Shown here in pieces: positions 39,790 to 55,188 of a stretch of DNA of 64,000 nt. The position numbers were made by a program, and so were the translations under genes. How positions within the stretch are numbered: position 1 is the first letter of the stretch; every line of letters starts with the position of its first letter. This DNA comes from Octopus sinensis (Eukaryota): assembly GCF_006345805.1 (NCBI RefSeq), contig NC_043005.1, positions 57,040,001-57,104,000 on the forward strand. Reading direction: 5' to 3'. A model generated the notes under the pieces. That model ran no database searches and had not been told where the DNA came from. It was given only the letters and a program-made list of their open reading frames with translations.

Positions 39790-40590
39790 AAGAATGGAGT
39801 TTGATGTTGCTACCCTCATTTGTACTTCTTGCCGTGAGGTGGGTTCGCCTGGGACTCTCGACTGGAAAAGGTCCAGCGTTTATTTAAAAAGCGCCTCAGG
39901 CTCTCTGGGAAAATATTAAAAAGCTGTGGGCCCCTGAAATCCACGCTGTTGTAGTAACTGGTCCTGAAGCGCGATGGCATTGCTGGGATCTTTGGCACTG
40001 TGCAATGTCGACCCGTTCTGTCATTTGTGTAGCTGTCAATGCCAAAATTTGGCACAATTCCTTCCAGAATCTTCCAGATGTATATTATTGCATACCTCTC
40101 CCGCCTTCGTTCCAGTGAGTAGAGTCTGAGCTGTTTCAGCCTTTCCTAGTAGGTGAGCTGTTGCAAAGAGACAATCTTCTTTGTGAAGCCTCGCTCATGT
40201 CGATACCCAGGTCCCTCACTGATTTAGGCTCTGGGATTGTAAGTTCCTGTGGACCAGTGTACCCTGTAAGTTCATATTCAGTTTTGGACGCTGGTAGCGC
40301 AAGGCTTGTAACTTTTGAGCATTGAACTGCATATTATTATCCTCAGCCCATCTGTAAATTGAGTCCAACTCCTGCTGCAGATGTGCAACATCACTGGGGT
40401 TCTGTATTTTCTGCGAAACGTTCGTATCGTCTGCGCAGCTAGCAAGGGTGGCTATCCGGGCAGTTGAGGAACACCGCTCACTATTTGTGTTTTCATTGAG
40501 GTGGCTCCATTGGCTACTACTGACTGACTTCTATCTTTCAGAAAGTCATACCATGGCCCACTTTGTCAAAAGCTTTTGCAAAATCAAGGT
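39790..40590 (-). mobile_element. Decayed CR1-like LINE RT fragment
   Basis: LDFAKAFDKV, (C)ADDT and FRGPQLFN motifs on - strand with deletions. Confidence 0.82.
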
Positions 40591-40632
40591 GTATATATAC
40601 TATAAATACATATATATTATATACGTGTGTAC

Positions 40633-40680
<48 letters not shown>

Positions 40681-41494
40681 TCAATATAAAATAGTGTACA
40701 TTTAAACACAAGAGAAAACTACCTTTAACAGTCTTGTGTATGGGTGTACATGGCTTAGTTTCGTTTGTAGCCATGATAACTGATGCGTTATCGTTTGTGT
40801 GATACTTAAAAAATGTTGCTGCTCAGCTGTTGCAGTTCGCACCGCATCTGCGTACTACTTTTCGGCAGTCTTTTTTTGTTGGTGTGCACCAGGGTGTGGA
40901 CTTTCCTAGGCGTGGGTGCCTATCCTGGTTGCCGGGTGGAAAGTGGTAACTGCTGTGCATTCTATCTTGCCTAAGTCTCCATGCCAGCAGACTCCTTTTA
41001 TGTAGAATTTGCAGGTTGCGTTTATGGGTTTAGCCTCAGGTTTGAACCCTGCTACACCTGTCTTGCGGCTGGCTCCTCTCGTCAAGCTTCCACGTTGGGA
41101 GAGAGAGAGTTGGAGCCGCTTTTCTTGAGAGCTTTGAGATTCTTTTCTTGCTCCTCTTCAGTTTCCCTTTACTGCATTTACCCTCATTGGTGGGTATAGA
41201 GCTGGTAGCTCTGGGCCTTTCGCTTGGGGCATTGGTTTTGGTGCTTTCCATGCAAACAATTTTCTCAGGCAAATGAGCATTTTTAAATTTAAAAATGGTG
41301 TCTAACTTGTCCAGATACATATATACATACATAGTCATTCAGATTACGTCATTCAGATTATTGAGCTAGCATAGTGGCTGTGTATATGTGAACGCATAAG
41401 TAATAAACGCAAGTAATAAAAGGCATAATAGGTATTAGTTTGAAGTGGTCTGAGTGCCAAAATAAAGAAAGTAGGTATTAGTTTGAAGTTGATG

Positions 41495-41566
<72 letters not shown>

Positions 41567-42180
41567 TGAAACAGCCAAGTGTGTGTGTGTAATTGTAGAA
41601 TTGCGAAAGATTTGTATGATCATGTGTGTTTTCTTGAGCATAGTGTCTCTATATTTGAAAGTAAACTGAGTTGGCAGTTCATTGCGTGCGATATGAAAGT
41701 TTCAAGGGAGCAAATATGTTGTCTTTCGTTTCGTAGGAAAGAGAGCGTTCTTCTGGCGTGCAAGAGAAGCTCAAAACGGAGAGAAGCCGGATATTATGGT
41801 TTGCTGCTCCAAAATCTGAATGTGAAATGCAAATAGTATTTTGTTATCGAGTTTGATATTCTTAAAGTGCTCAGAGGCTATTTCGACTAGTTTTCTACAA
41901 GTTTGTCTGCGGTTCATCGATCTGCCTACTAAGCGGTTTAAGCAGTATGTATGTTTCTCGGTGGTACTGATAAAACAGACCTTTTTATCTGTACCTACAA
42001 TATATATTGCTTGAAAAATGTTTGCTGATCGGTTTACATTGAAAAACTAATCAGACATTAACCGACGGATTTACAAAGAAACTTAGGGACATGCTAATAA
42101 TGATATACCGGATGACGGATTAAGTCTATCTCCCAAGCAAGCGACAGCGGTTTCTAAACTGCGTCATCTTATTCTCCATT

Positions 42181-42260
<80 letters not shown>

Positions 42261-42693
42261 AGATATAAATAAAAATGGAGAATTATACATCCCCAAATAC
42301 TTGTTAATTACGGTAGTATGTACGAGGTGGAAGGCGGCGAGCTGGACGAATTATTAGCACGCCGGGCGAAATACTTAGCGGTATTTCGCATGCCGCTACG
42401 TTCTGAGTTCAAATTTCGAGGTCGATTAAATAAGTACCAGTTAGGCCCTGGGTCGATATAATCGACTTAATCCGTTTGTCTGTCCTTGTTTGTCCCGTCT
42501 GTGTTCAGTCCCTTGTGGGTAGTAAAGGAATAGGTATTTCGTCTGTTTTTACGTTCTGAGTTCAAATTCCGCCGAGGTCGACTTTGCCTTTCATCCTTTC
42601 GGGGTCGATAAATTGCGTACTGGGGTCGATCTAATCGACTGGCCCCGTCCCCCAAAATTTCGGGCCTTGTGCCTAGAGTAGAAAAGAGTATAT

Positions 42694-42990
42694 ACGAAGT
42701 GGTATCAAAAGGTTCTCAGACTACATATGCTGGAAAAAAAACGAAATATTTACCTAAACTTTAACAGCATCTTCGAAATAGCTATTTTGTGCAGTAATAC
42801 ACCGGTCCCAGCGTACCTGCCACTTTTGGAATTTGGCCTGGAAGTCGTTTTCCGTAAGCAGGTCGAAGACCTTCTGCGATTCAATCTGGATCTTGATAAC
42901 GGTGTCAAAACAGCGACCTTTGAGCTGTATTTTCATCTTGGGGGAGGAAATGGAAGTCCGCAGGCAATAAATCCGGCGAAAAGGGCGGAT
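42694..42990 (-). mobile_element. mariner 3' end fragment
   Basis: FQKWQVRWDRCITAQNSYFE C-terminal mariner motif followed by a TIR-like end. Confidence 0.75.
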
Positions 42991-43616
42991 GAGAGACGAG
43001 ATGGAGGTTTAATTTGAGGGAATTTTGGCTGATACTTTCCGCAGGTCGTGCGACAATGTACAGGCTACTTCACAGAAGTGGAAGTGGATAGAAGAATCGG
43101 GAGAAAGGAGAGTGGAAGAGATAAGCGAATGAACACAGGATAAAGATCCTCCCCGAGTCATATAGACTCATAGACCCATAAGGGCCGGTTTCCTGGTTTC
43201 TGTGGCGTTTAAATTCCCTCGTGGGCGGGACGCCGAACAGTCGCAAGATTACTCATTTTTGCCAGCTGAGTGGACAGGAGCAACGTGAAACACAGTGTTT
43301 AGCTCAAGAATACAACGCATCTCCTGGACCAGAAATCGAAACTACAATCTTACGACCACAAGTCCGATACTCTAACCACTAAGCCACACGCCTTCACTAA
43401 TAAACAGAAGTTAAGGCAATTTTCTGACTATGCAAGATCTTAAGGCGGTTTTTATTTATTCTTTATAATTTCAATTGCAGCGTGGAAGCCATTTAAGAAA
43501 CACACAAAAACCGTTAGATTCACTTCAACATTTAAATTTAATTTGCCAAAATATTTTCGTCGCTTTGAGACCGCGACCTGTTCGCTGACAAAACTTCCTG
43601 CTGCATCTCGAAGTTG

Positions 43617-43663
43617 TGTCAGTGAACAGGTCGCGGTCTCAAAGCGACGAAAATATTTTGGCA
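43617..43663 (+). ncRNA. Minimal hammerhead variant with G3-C8 core (copies at 5093-5142 +, 22465-22514 +, 43542-43592 -)
   Basis: UGUCA / GUGAACA-g / GUCGC-loop-GCGAC / GAA / palindromic AAUAUU / U17 / UG(G/A)CA. Confidence 0.65.
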
Positions 43664-45649
43664 AATTAAATTTAAATGTTGAAGTGAATCTAACGGTTTT
43701 TGTGTGTTTCTTAAATGGCTTATAAACACCTTCCACGCTGCGATTGTTTTCGTTCCAGAACACGATCTCAGATCAGGTCACTTGCTATGCAAGTACATCT
43801 CCATTATAATTTCTTTTTGCAGAAAAGTAGATCTTCCGAGTTGTCAAAACGTTTTCCTGGAGCGGCACCGTGTGCTCTTGATCACTGCATCATCGCATAT
43901 ACCACTTGGCTTCATAGAAATGACTCTTCAACAAAAGCACTGTTAAGGATTTCTCAGCTACTCCCAAAACTGCATATTCATTACGATTTATAAAACGACT
44001 AACTTCACCAAACGAAATTGCAAATGCTCATTTAATGAAACGCATACGTAAATGTAAATTTCAAATGCAATACCCACATAAACACACACACACACACACG
44101 CACATACACGCATACATACATACGTATGTATGTATGTATGTATGTATGTATGTATGTATGTATGTATGTACTACGAAACCCTTTTCAAACGTCGCTAAAA
44201 TCAACAGATTCAAAGTTTCCGCAATATAATCAGATACTTCCTTCTCTTCGTACATTTCGGAAATGGAATAAAAAGCAAAGAAAAAATAAAAAAAGAACAA
44301 AAACCAGAAAAAAAGGAACATCATCATCTACACTAAAACGCACTTAGGTAATAAATGGCGGACCAAATCACGTACAAACCAACCACACCATATACTATTT
44401 GCATTTAACCCTTCGTAGGCCGGCAGGTTTGGAATTACATGAGTAAGTGCGTGATAGAGAACAAGAAATTTAGTACCCTATAAGTGTATATTTGTAATTA
44501 TTAGCGTTTAATGGAGGGAAATTAAAATATAATTTATTAACTGAAAAAAAAAAAAAACCTTCATTGAAAGAAATCAACATTTTTAATAGTTTTATAAACT
44601 ATACATATAGCACTAAATATAAAATAAAACAAAATTATTTAGTATATCGGGTCATACCAGTACATTAACGAAGAAAATTGATTTATAGTTCATCAGAATA
44701 TTTGAAAAAAGAACAGAAAAAAAATAATTTCACAGAAGGCCAATGGGGTCCAGTTAGACCCCAATGACCATATTTTATGCTATAACATTCATATGATTGG
44801 AAATCTTTTATTCAAAATTTATAAGTGCATACTTAAACTATTGAGAGGCTGTGTGGTAAGTAGCTTGCTTACCAACCACATAGTTCCGGGTTCAGTCCCA
44901 CTGCGTGGCACCTTGGGCAAGTGTCTTCTAAGGCCTATTACGGGAAAAGAAAAAGTTCTTGTTATGCTTGTACAACTGAAATTTATGAAATTCAGTGTAT
45001 TAAGAAACCAATAATGAACCCAGCATTTTCTAATTGCTGGCATGAAACTTATAAAACATCTAAATACTATAAGCATATAATATATCCCGATAAATATAAC
45101 AAAAACCTTTCTTTTGTGTGTCCTCCAAACTGCCTTACATACGTGCCTAACTTTCGATTTTATAGATCTATATATTCTAGAGTAAAACCAAATATTATTC
45201 CCGCAAAAATTTGAGCTGGTAGAAACGTTAGCACGCCGGGCAAAATTAGCGGTTTTTCGTCCGTCTTTCATGTTCCCTGAGTTCAAATTCCACCGAGGTC
45301 GACTTTGCCTTTCATCCTCTCCGGGTCGGTAAAATAAGTACTAGTTAGACACTGGTAACGATGTAATCGACTCATCCCCACCTCCCTCAAACTGCCCCTG
45401 TGGAAAATAATAAAAATTACTAGCTGGACCCGTGAAAAATTCACGGAAAACATAAAAAATGTAAGCATCTATAAACAGTGTACTGGTACCATGAGAAATG
45501 TTTGCATATTATGACCGCCTGTCTTTACTTTCTCAGTTCAAATTCTTCCGAGAGCGACTTCACCTTTTGTCCTTTCGGAGTCGATAAATTATGTACCAGT
45601 TGTGTACTGGAGTCGATCTAATCAATTACAATTATATTTATTAGTATCG

Positions 45650-45985
45650 CAACCATTATTTTAACTAGTATAGTTACTATACATGGTAAATTATGTTTCT
45701 TAAATCGTTTAAACATATATTTTGTCCAGTGTTGACATCTCATAGCCTGTTCCTTTCTAGTGTTTATAACAGTAAATTTAGAAGTGAAAATTAGGTACAT
45801 TACTTCCTCACAAAGGTCATGTCTATTATCACCTATTCTATAAGGGTTTGGCTTTCTAATTATTTCCAAGCAATCGAGTATACTTTCGCTGGTAGTATTC
45901 ATTTTGTTCCAATTTGCAAACGAACTTAAATGAGTGGCAAATCTCTGCTTAATATAACACGAGTTAGCTCCTATATATATTTCTT
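45650..45985 (-). mobile_element. PLE GIY-YIG endonuclease fragment (different family)
   Basis: YIGANSCYIKQRFATHLSSF...DLCEE...INTRKE...CQH..K pattern. Confidence 0.65.
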
Positions 45986-46839
45986 TACTACCCACAGGGG
46001 GCTAAACACAGAGGGGACAAACAAGAACAGACAAACGGATTAAGTCGATTACATCGACTCCAGTGCGTAACTGGTACTAAATTTATCGACCCCGAAAGGA
46101 TGAAAGGCAAAGTCGACCTCGGCGGAATATGAACTCGGAACGTAACGACAGACGAAATACGGCTACGCATTTCGCCCGGCGTGCTAACGTTTCTGCCAGC
46201 TCGCCGCCTTCCTATATAGAAATGCAATGGAGATCGTGCTAGTGTTGTCGTTCATTGGTAGTGCTGTTATTCTAGTTTGCTGCTTATAGGGATTGGAAAA
46301 CCGTTAAGCCACAGAACAAAACGTCTGGTGCCTATTTGTTGGAGCACATTATGCTCTGAGATCAAACCCCTCTCAGGTCAACTTCGCCTTTTATCCCTCT
46401 GGAATCGATAAAATCAAGTTCCAGTGAAGCACTGAAGTCGATTTAATCGACCAACTTCCTCACCACAAGTTTCAGGTTTTATGCCTATATTAGAAACTTT
46501 TGTTAATGGCTGTTATTATTGTTTCTCGACTCGTGAAAGATCTTAAGGACATCAATAGCAATCTTACAAACTCAGCTATTTTCTCTCATGCAGGTCTCTG
46601 AAGTGGTTTATGGCTCACAATTTTGACTTTTGACGTCAGTTACTCACCAAATGTGTCGTTGTTAAAACTCTTCAACCCTATTTACAGCCACCCGACAATC
46701 CCTGCCTCCTCTCAGTGTTCAGAAGAAGTGTCTTGTCCGAAACACTACAACTCTTTCCCCTTCCCTCCCCCTCTGTCTCTCTTCCATCTTAAAACACGAA
46801 CTTATTGTGAAATATCTTGTTAAACCTACTTGCCTAAAT

Positions 46840-47472
<633 letters not shown>

Positions 47473-48102
47473 TGCTTTTCCTAAAATTATAATCATTCAA
47501 ATTTACATCGCCTTTCTTTTGTCTCTAAATGGCAAATTCCCTGCCCTCTCCGCCTACTTATCAACTTCTCATACAACGGTTTTACTATTCAAACACACGT
47601 GGTCCCTCTAACGGCCATAGCTACTATAAGAAAAGTAGTCATTTCATCATAATCGGAAGCAAGATTATATATTTGAAATTGAAATGAAAGAATTACAAGG
47701 AAAAAGTTGCACAAATTTCACTTATTAAATTTTTAATTACTATTTCTTGCAGCTCGGGCGATTTTTGGCCGTATTGCTGAGCAATAAAAAAACTATTCGT
47801 TTTATGGTATCCAACCAAAGTTCACACTTATGTTCAGCTATCACTTTTGTATGTATTTTAAATGCAATTTCTGTTCAATTTCTCACTATCATCTGAAGAT
47901 CAAAAGGAATGAATTCGATATAACAGTCCATGAAGTTTCAACTTCCAACAAAATATAAAACTCTATTCTTTATATTGAATCGTTTTTCTTTTCCTTTGCC
48001 CACACTTGTTTACACATGCACACACACGCGCTCACTTGCGAACGTGTGTATGCATGCATACATCCATCTCCCCCCCTCTCTCTCTCTCTCAGTATATATA
48101 CA

Positions 48103-48186
<84 letters not shown>

Positions 48187-48202
48187 CATATATATATATA
48201 TA

Positions 48203-48432
48203 AGGCGGCGAGCTGGCAGAAACGTTAGCACACCGGGCGAAATGCGTAGCCGTATTTCGTCTGCTGTTACGTTCTGAGTTCAAATTCCGCCGAGGTCGAC
48301 TTTGATTTTCATCCTTTCTGGGTCGATAAATAAAGTACCAGTTTCGCACTGGGGTCTATGTAATCGACTTAATCCCTTTGTCTGTCCTTGTTTGTCCCCT
48401 CTGTGTTTAGCCCCTTGTGGGTAGTAAAGAAA
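48203..48432 (+). mobile_element. SINE, family 2 (representative copy)
   Basis: ggcggcgagctggcagaaacgttagca...ttctgagttcaaattccgccgaggtcgac; related copies near 1808, 24365, 42332, 45212, 53864 and (-) 45985-46210, 52915-53480. Confidence 0.85.
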
Positions 48433-48858
48433 ATATATATATATATATATGAACTACGAATCTATTTTCGGCAGTATTAGGGCTGACTCACGTGGGAAAA
48501 ATTCTGGTGGGAGATATGAATTCACTTGTCTATATAAATGTGGATATGCTGATTAGCTTCTGTATGCCCCGATGTCGCCTGGTCGGAAATATGGAGGCAT
48601 TTCTAGATTTATTTATCGGAATATTATGTTGATAGAGGAAATGAATCTTCGATTCTAATCCAGAAACGTGCGTCCATAATTGACCGTGGACTGTTTGATT
48701 CGTTATTTTTCTTTGTCTTTTTGCCATAAAATGAGTTACAAATACTGTTGTCGATGGGGACATATTTTTGTAGTAAAAGAAATAACAGTCCTCTGGCTGC
48801 TATTTCTAATACTTTCGGTATGTGGTCTAGCAACTTGTTGCAAAGACCCTCATTGTTA

Positions 48859-48910
<52 letters not shown>

Positions 48911-48985
48911 ACAAATGGAACAAGAACGCAAAAGACAATAAAACATGTTTTATTGTCTTTTGCGTTCTTGTTCCATTTTTTTTGC

Positions 48986-49047
<62 letters not shown>

Positions 49048-49675
49048 GTATATGAGAACGAGAGATGACAAAGGAATAAATGATTACCTTATGAACTTCA
49101 TTAGCTTAAAGCTGTTTCTGCTATAGGATGCAGTGGTCTCACAACTGAGTGCATGAATAACACTTTAGAGCTTCATCGGAGCCTCGAATATGAAGTTCAA
49201 TTTATTTAGGAAAAAATTACATTTGTGCCTATATAAGGAACGGCCTCAATGGTGATAAAGTCAATAGAGATGTATATAGGAAAAGTTTATGTCCCAAAAT
49301 GGAAATATATGTGTATATACATACGCACACAACTCTGAAAAATTTCAGTAACCAGGTCGCAGCTGGTACGGCGTAAAATTTTGACACCAAATAATAATTA
49401 AATGAAGTTAACAGTCTTTGTGTTTTTGAATGGCTAATGTGGGTCTTCTATGCTGTAATTGTTTTAGTTTTAACACAGTCTCAGATGAAATCAATAACCA
49501 GACGATAATGTACATCTCCAATATATATTTCCGATGAAGAGCCATTCTCGAAACGTCACTCATATTTTTCTGACTAATACTTTCACTGAGCGTCAGTCTA
49601 ATATATTCACTGTGTAAGTCCAATTGACTTTTGATTTTTCTTGTTTTTTAAATTTTTAATTTGCCTACACACGCA

Positions 49676-49748
<73 letters not shown>

Positions 49749-50329
49749 TTACCCACACAGTGAGAACTGTAATAGTTTTAGTGGTGATGATATTGGTAGG
49801 ATGTTAGATAATCGAGGTGATGGTGGCGGTGGTAGTAGTTTTGTTTTGAAAATGGTATAGAGCTTTTGGTTAACAAATTATTAATTTTTGTGAATTGAAA
49901 TTTATGAAAAAATATGGTATGATATAACGCTTGCATCTTAGTGCAAGTAATTATTGTTGAGCAATTGTCGTCGCTGCTACCACTATTACGATGACAACCC
50001 ACAAAACTAACAATAACTGTCACAAACAACAAATAAATGCTATCGCCACCGCCAGCATTAGCTTCTGATTTGAGTTACTTCTCTTAGCGAGGGGCAAAAT
50101 GTAGTTAGGAAAGTACTATTGTATTAATATACAGATATTCACCAAGAAATATTTGAAATAGCAAATTGATTTTCCTGACTACAGACAGATATATCTCTAT
50201 CTGTCTCTCTTCTTTGTTTGTTTCTTTCTTTTGTTCTTTTATTCGTTTCAGTCGTGTGGCTGCGGTCATGCTGGAGCACCACCGTGATTTTGTACTTATA
50301 TATACCATTCTTCTTTGGTTGATTATTTC

Positions 50330-51720
50330 AGGATGGTAGGATTTCCGCTTTTCCCTTGGTTATCTGCCCAATTCGTGTATGGCTGCCCTCATCTGTACCT
50401 CATGCCGGGCCATTGGCTCATCCGGTGTTGTTGAGAGGAGAATGTCCAGTTTCTTTTTGAAGACATTCACATCCACATTGTGTAGATTTCTTAATTTTTT
50501 TGTAGGGCATTGAAAATCTATGGGTCTTTGAACCCTAAGCTATTGGTCTTTTGGTACAATACAACGGCATCCAGTTCGGGTATTTGTATAAAACTCAATG
50601 CCGAAATTAGCTACTAGCCCTTCTAGAATTTTCCATATGTTGATTATTACTTATCTGTTGCGTCTTAGCTTCGGGAGCAAAGTCGTAGTTTTCTCAGCTT
50701 CTCCCTGCAGCTCATGTACTGCACTGTTACAATCTTTTTAGTGTAGTGACGTTGGACCACTTCAAGCTCCGCGGTTAGTTCGGCATTATGTGGTGGCCAT
50801 AGCTGAGTGTAGTAGTCCAGGCGGCTGAGAACAAAAGTCCTCCACAGAGTCAACATGACTTCTTGGTTCCTTGTCTTGAAAGACCTTGGAATCCAGCCTT
50901 TCGGTTGTCTTCACTTTATTGCCATCTTGATAATGTGCATATGAAATGATGCATCGTTACACATACTGATCCCCATATCTCTCATTGTTGGTGACTCTGG
51001 GATTACGATGCCTTCGGGTCCTGTATACGCAGACGGCAGTGCATTTGTAAACATATGGCGTACTGCTTGAAATGTTCCAGCATTAATCTGCATGTTGATT
51101 TCTTCAGCCCACTTGTATATTGCATTTAGGTTCTGCTGCAAGCTTGCGACATTGTCTGGTTTCGATATTGCCTGTGATAATTATGTATCATCGACGTAGC
51201 CAGTGACAGTGGCTGTCCGAGTGACCATAGGCATGTCTAAGAGAGCTATTATAAATAGTAATGGCTACAAGACAGTTCCTTGGGGGACGCCACTCAGAAT
51301 TTATGTTTCCCCATAGAGGAAGCCATGCAGCAACTCCCCCAATAACTAGCTGTGCCAAAGTCTCGCAGCTTGAGACATATTATGCCATGACCAACCTTAT
51401 CAAAGGCCTTTAGAGGTCGAATTCCACTGGCATTGATGTCTGAATGGTCAAACATCTGTTTCAAAACTCAGTCATAGTGCCGTAAGAGCTGTGTATCGTA
51501 CAGTAAATAATTTTCTTCTAGGAGCATTATCAATTTCTTTCTGATGATTCGTTCCATGACTTTATTGACATGTGAAGTTGGAGAGATTGGCCTGCAGTTT
51601 ATAGGCTTTGCTCTACTTCCACCTTTGTGGATAGGGCATATAATATCTTCTCTTTTAGCTTTTTAGGAAGCTTACCACTTGCAAGGAAATTCTGGAAAAG
51701 CATCTCAAATGGTTTCACAT
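50330..51720 (-). mobile_element. Decayed CR1-like LINE RT fragment
   Basis: KAFDKVGH, SGVPQG, YVDDT and SRLDY..QLW motifs on - strand with stops. Confidence 0.88.
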
Positions 51721-53479
51721 AGCAGAGAGCAATTCGAGGGATATTTGGTTGCTATTCCTAGCAAATCGGGTGATTACGTAGAGACTCTCCCACCCCACCG
51801 GAAATTTATACAAATGGTTGTTTAACCTTTATAACAGTAGTGGTTTAAATAAGAGTATTGGTGATAGGAGAAAGTTAATCTGGTATTAATTTGCAAATAT
51901 CGCCTCTTTAAGACCAATTAAAAAATAAAATACCTAACTGCTTCTTTTATGCCATCAAAATCAATGCTTCTTTTATCAATGCCAGTGGAATTCGAATCTA
52001 GAAAAAGGTAATCTTGAAAAAACAAAATGCAAGGTAGTGAGACGTCAATGTATGGTAAGGATTTTGAAGGATCATGTCAATAATCGTTATATCATCATGG
52101 AAAAACTTGGGAGTAGTCTCCAAGATAATTATAAAACTATAACAGGGGAATGACTTTAAAAATAATGTGATAATAATAATACCATAATTATGATGAGATA
52201 AGTTCGCACTTACCTAAACTGCTACTCAACTAATCGACACTTGTAATTTTATCCCTTGTGATTAACTATAGCTATTTTAGTGGGTAAGTACTACAGATTG
52301 GGGATAATTGTATTCTATAGCCAATTGATTACATTACATGATTTTCCCGCCACAAACTACTTTATTGACGTAGCTAGTGCAATCTTTTCTAAAAATGAAT
52401 GAACGCTAAAAAATTTACATTTCTCTTCTATAAATCAATATAGTAAAATTCGTTTAATAAATTCAATTTGTTCCTGAAGGCCATTCGTCACCCGAAATGT
52501 TCGTAAACCGAAACTGTTTTCCCCCACTGGAAATTCAAGAGAAGGTACGGCAAATTCGAACAGGAATTTACAATAAGCGAAAGACAATAACTGACACTTT
52601 CCCGTTGATATCCACAGCTTGTAGCCAATCGTTGTCGCCGGCTTGTAAGTTCGTTTGTAAACTGAGGTTTCACTCTGCTTTGAAAATGAAAGCCACAAAC
52701 GTCTCGTCTGGACCAAATCATGAACACAGTTTCGATTCTTCTTTATGCCTACTTCAATTCAATAACGATAAAAAAGCTTTTGATAAATTGGTAAACCACG
52801 GACGTTTACATTTTGCTTCTATATTCATGTGTCATTCTCACAGGCATCGCAGACCATGGGTTTCTGCATCTTCCTATTCCCCACTCAACACATTAATAAT
52901 GGTTTCATATTTTGGCACAAGGCCAGCATTTTGGGGGAAGGGTATAAGTCGATTACATTAACCCCGGGGTTCAAATGGTACTTATTTTATCGACCCTGAA
53001 AGGATGAACGGCAAATCTGAACTCGGCGGAATTTGGACGCAGAACGTAAAGACGGACGAAATGCCACTAAGAATTTTGCCCGGCGTGGTAACGATTCTGC
53101 CAGCTAGCCGCCTACACTCATAATAATAATCCTTTCTACAATAGGCACAAGGCCTGAAAATTTTTTTTGGGAGGGGACTAATCGATTACATCGACCCAGT
53201 GTTTCACTGGTGCTTAATTTATCGACCCTCGAAAGGATGAAAGGCAAAGTCGACCTCGGCGGAATTTGAACTCAGAATATAGCGGTAGACGAAATACCTA
53301 TTTCTTTACTACCCACAAGGAGCTAAACACAGAGAGGACAAACAAGGACAGACAAACGGATTAAGTCGATTATATCGACCCCAGTGCGTAACTGGTACTT
53401 ATTTAATCGACCCCGACCTTGGCTGAATTTGAACTCAGAACGTAGCGGCGTGCTAACGTTTCTGCCAGCTCGCCGCCAT

Positions 53480-53720
53480 ACCTGGCACATTAAAAATGTC
53501 AACCTTTCTTAAGTTATTTGGTAAGACAATCGAATATCTTCTCCGCTTGTCTTCTCTTTCTTCTTCCTTTTAACTTTCCCGGTTATCACAAAGAGCTCAG
53601 GATTACCTTTTACCTTTTGATGGCCTTTGCTTGTCTGAGGACTTCTACGTTTGTCACTCTGTCTGCATAGGATATCTCCGGCATTCGTCTAGCGAACCAC
53701 ATCCCTGCACTATTCTAAGT
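53480..53720 (-). mobile_element. RTE-type LINE fragment
   Basis: ...RRMPEISYADRVTNVEVLR... resembles the RTE ISW.DRVTN.EVL motif. Confidence 0.55.
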
Positions 53721-54322
53721 GTTTATTTGTCAATGTTCCTGGTTACACAACCATTTACCTTTATATAGGTCAACGTTTTCGATTGCTATGAGATTGAAAC
53801 TATGCTGTACTATAAAAAACAAAAACAAAAACAAAAACAAAAAAAAGGTGGGGATAATTAAAGTGGCGAGCTGGCAGAATCATTAGCATGCTGGGAAAAT
53901 GCTTAGCGTTCTGATTTCAAAATACACCGAGATCGACTTTACCTTTCGTCCTTTTCGGGTAGATAAAATAAGTACCAGTTGTGTACTGGAGTCAATCTGA
54001 TCCACTTACCCCTTCTCCTGAACTTGTTAGCCTTGTGCCAAAATTTGAAACCAATATTTTGGATTGTTACTCAATGACGTAGAAGTAGGTTTTCAACGTC
54101 ACAAACTCTGACATAATCCTGCAGTGTGTGCCTGTGACGTGAACTTAAATTCACAAATTTACGGTTGTATTCCGTCCAGTCGGGTCAGATGGTGCCATAT
54201 CCAGTTGTGACATTTGGAAAGTTAAAGTGACAACCCAAAGTGCCACCTTAAAAGAAAGTTCGTTTTCTTATTTTTTTTAGTAGATGAGTATCCTTACTTA
54301 TAAGTTCAAATCCTTTAGGAAA

Positions 54323-54383
<61 letters not shown>

Positions 54384-54721
54384 GACTGTCTCTCTGTCTG
54401 TCTGTCTATCAATCTATCTATCTGCTTTTCCTAAAATTATAATCATTCAAATTTACATCGCCTTTCTTTTGTCTCTAAATGGCAAATTCCCTGCCCTCTC
54501 CGCCTACTTATCAACTTCTCATACAACGGTTTTACTATTTAAACACACGTGGTCCCTCTAACGGCCATAGCTACTATAAGAAAAGTAGTCATTTCATCAT
54601 AATCGGAAGCAAGATTATATATTTGAAATTGAAATGAAAGAATTACAAGGAAAAAGTTGCACAAATTTCACTTATTAAATTTTTAATTACTATTTCTTGC
54701 AGCTCGGGCGATTTTTGGCCG

Positions 54722-54784
<63 letters not shown>

Positions 54785-55121
54785 TGCGTGCGTGTGTGTG
54801 TGTATGTGTGTGTGTGTGTATTGTGGAGGCGCAATGGCCCAGTGGTTAGGGCAGCGGACTCGCGGTCGCAGGATCACGGTTTCGATTCCCAGACCGGGCG
54901 TTGTGAGTGCTCATTGAGCGAAAAGACCTACAGCTCCACGAAGCTTCGGCAGGGGGCGGTGGCGATCGCTGCTGTACTCTTCCGCTACAACTTTCTCTCA
55001 CTCTTTCCTCTGTTGGCCTGCTCGCTTAGCCAGCGGGGTGGCGTCATTTGAAGGCTAAAACAATGCGAAGCGCATTGTGACCAGCGATATGTAGCAGCAT
55101 CTGATGGCCTGGTCGGTCACG

Positions 55122-55188
<67 letters not shown>

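Noticed and set aside
52214-52388. Minus-strand segment with acceptor- and donor-like ends
   Set aside because: Stops in all three frames; no recognisable homology.
54825-54900. tRNA-like sequence (also 56805-56880)
   Set aside because: No proper acceptor stem, and it continues into a shared SINE body, so it is a SINE head rather than a tRNA gene.
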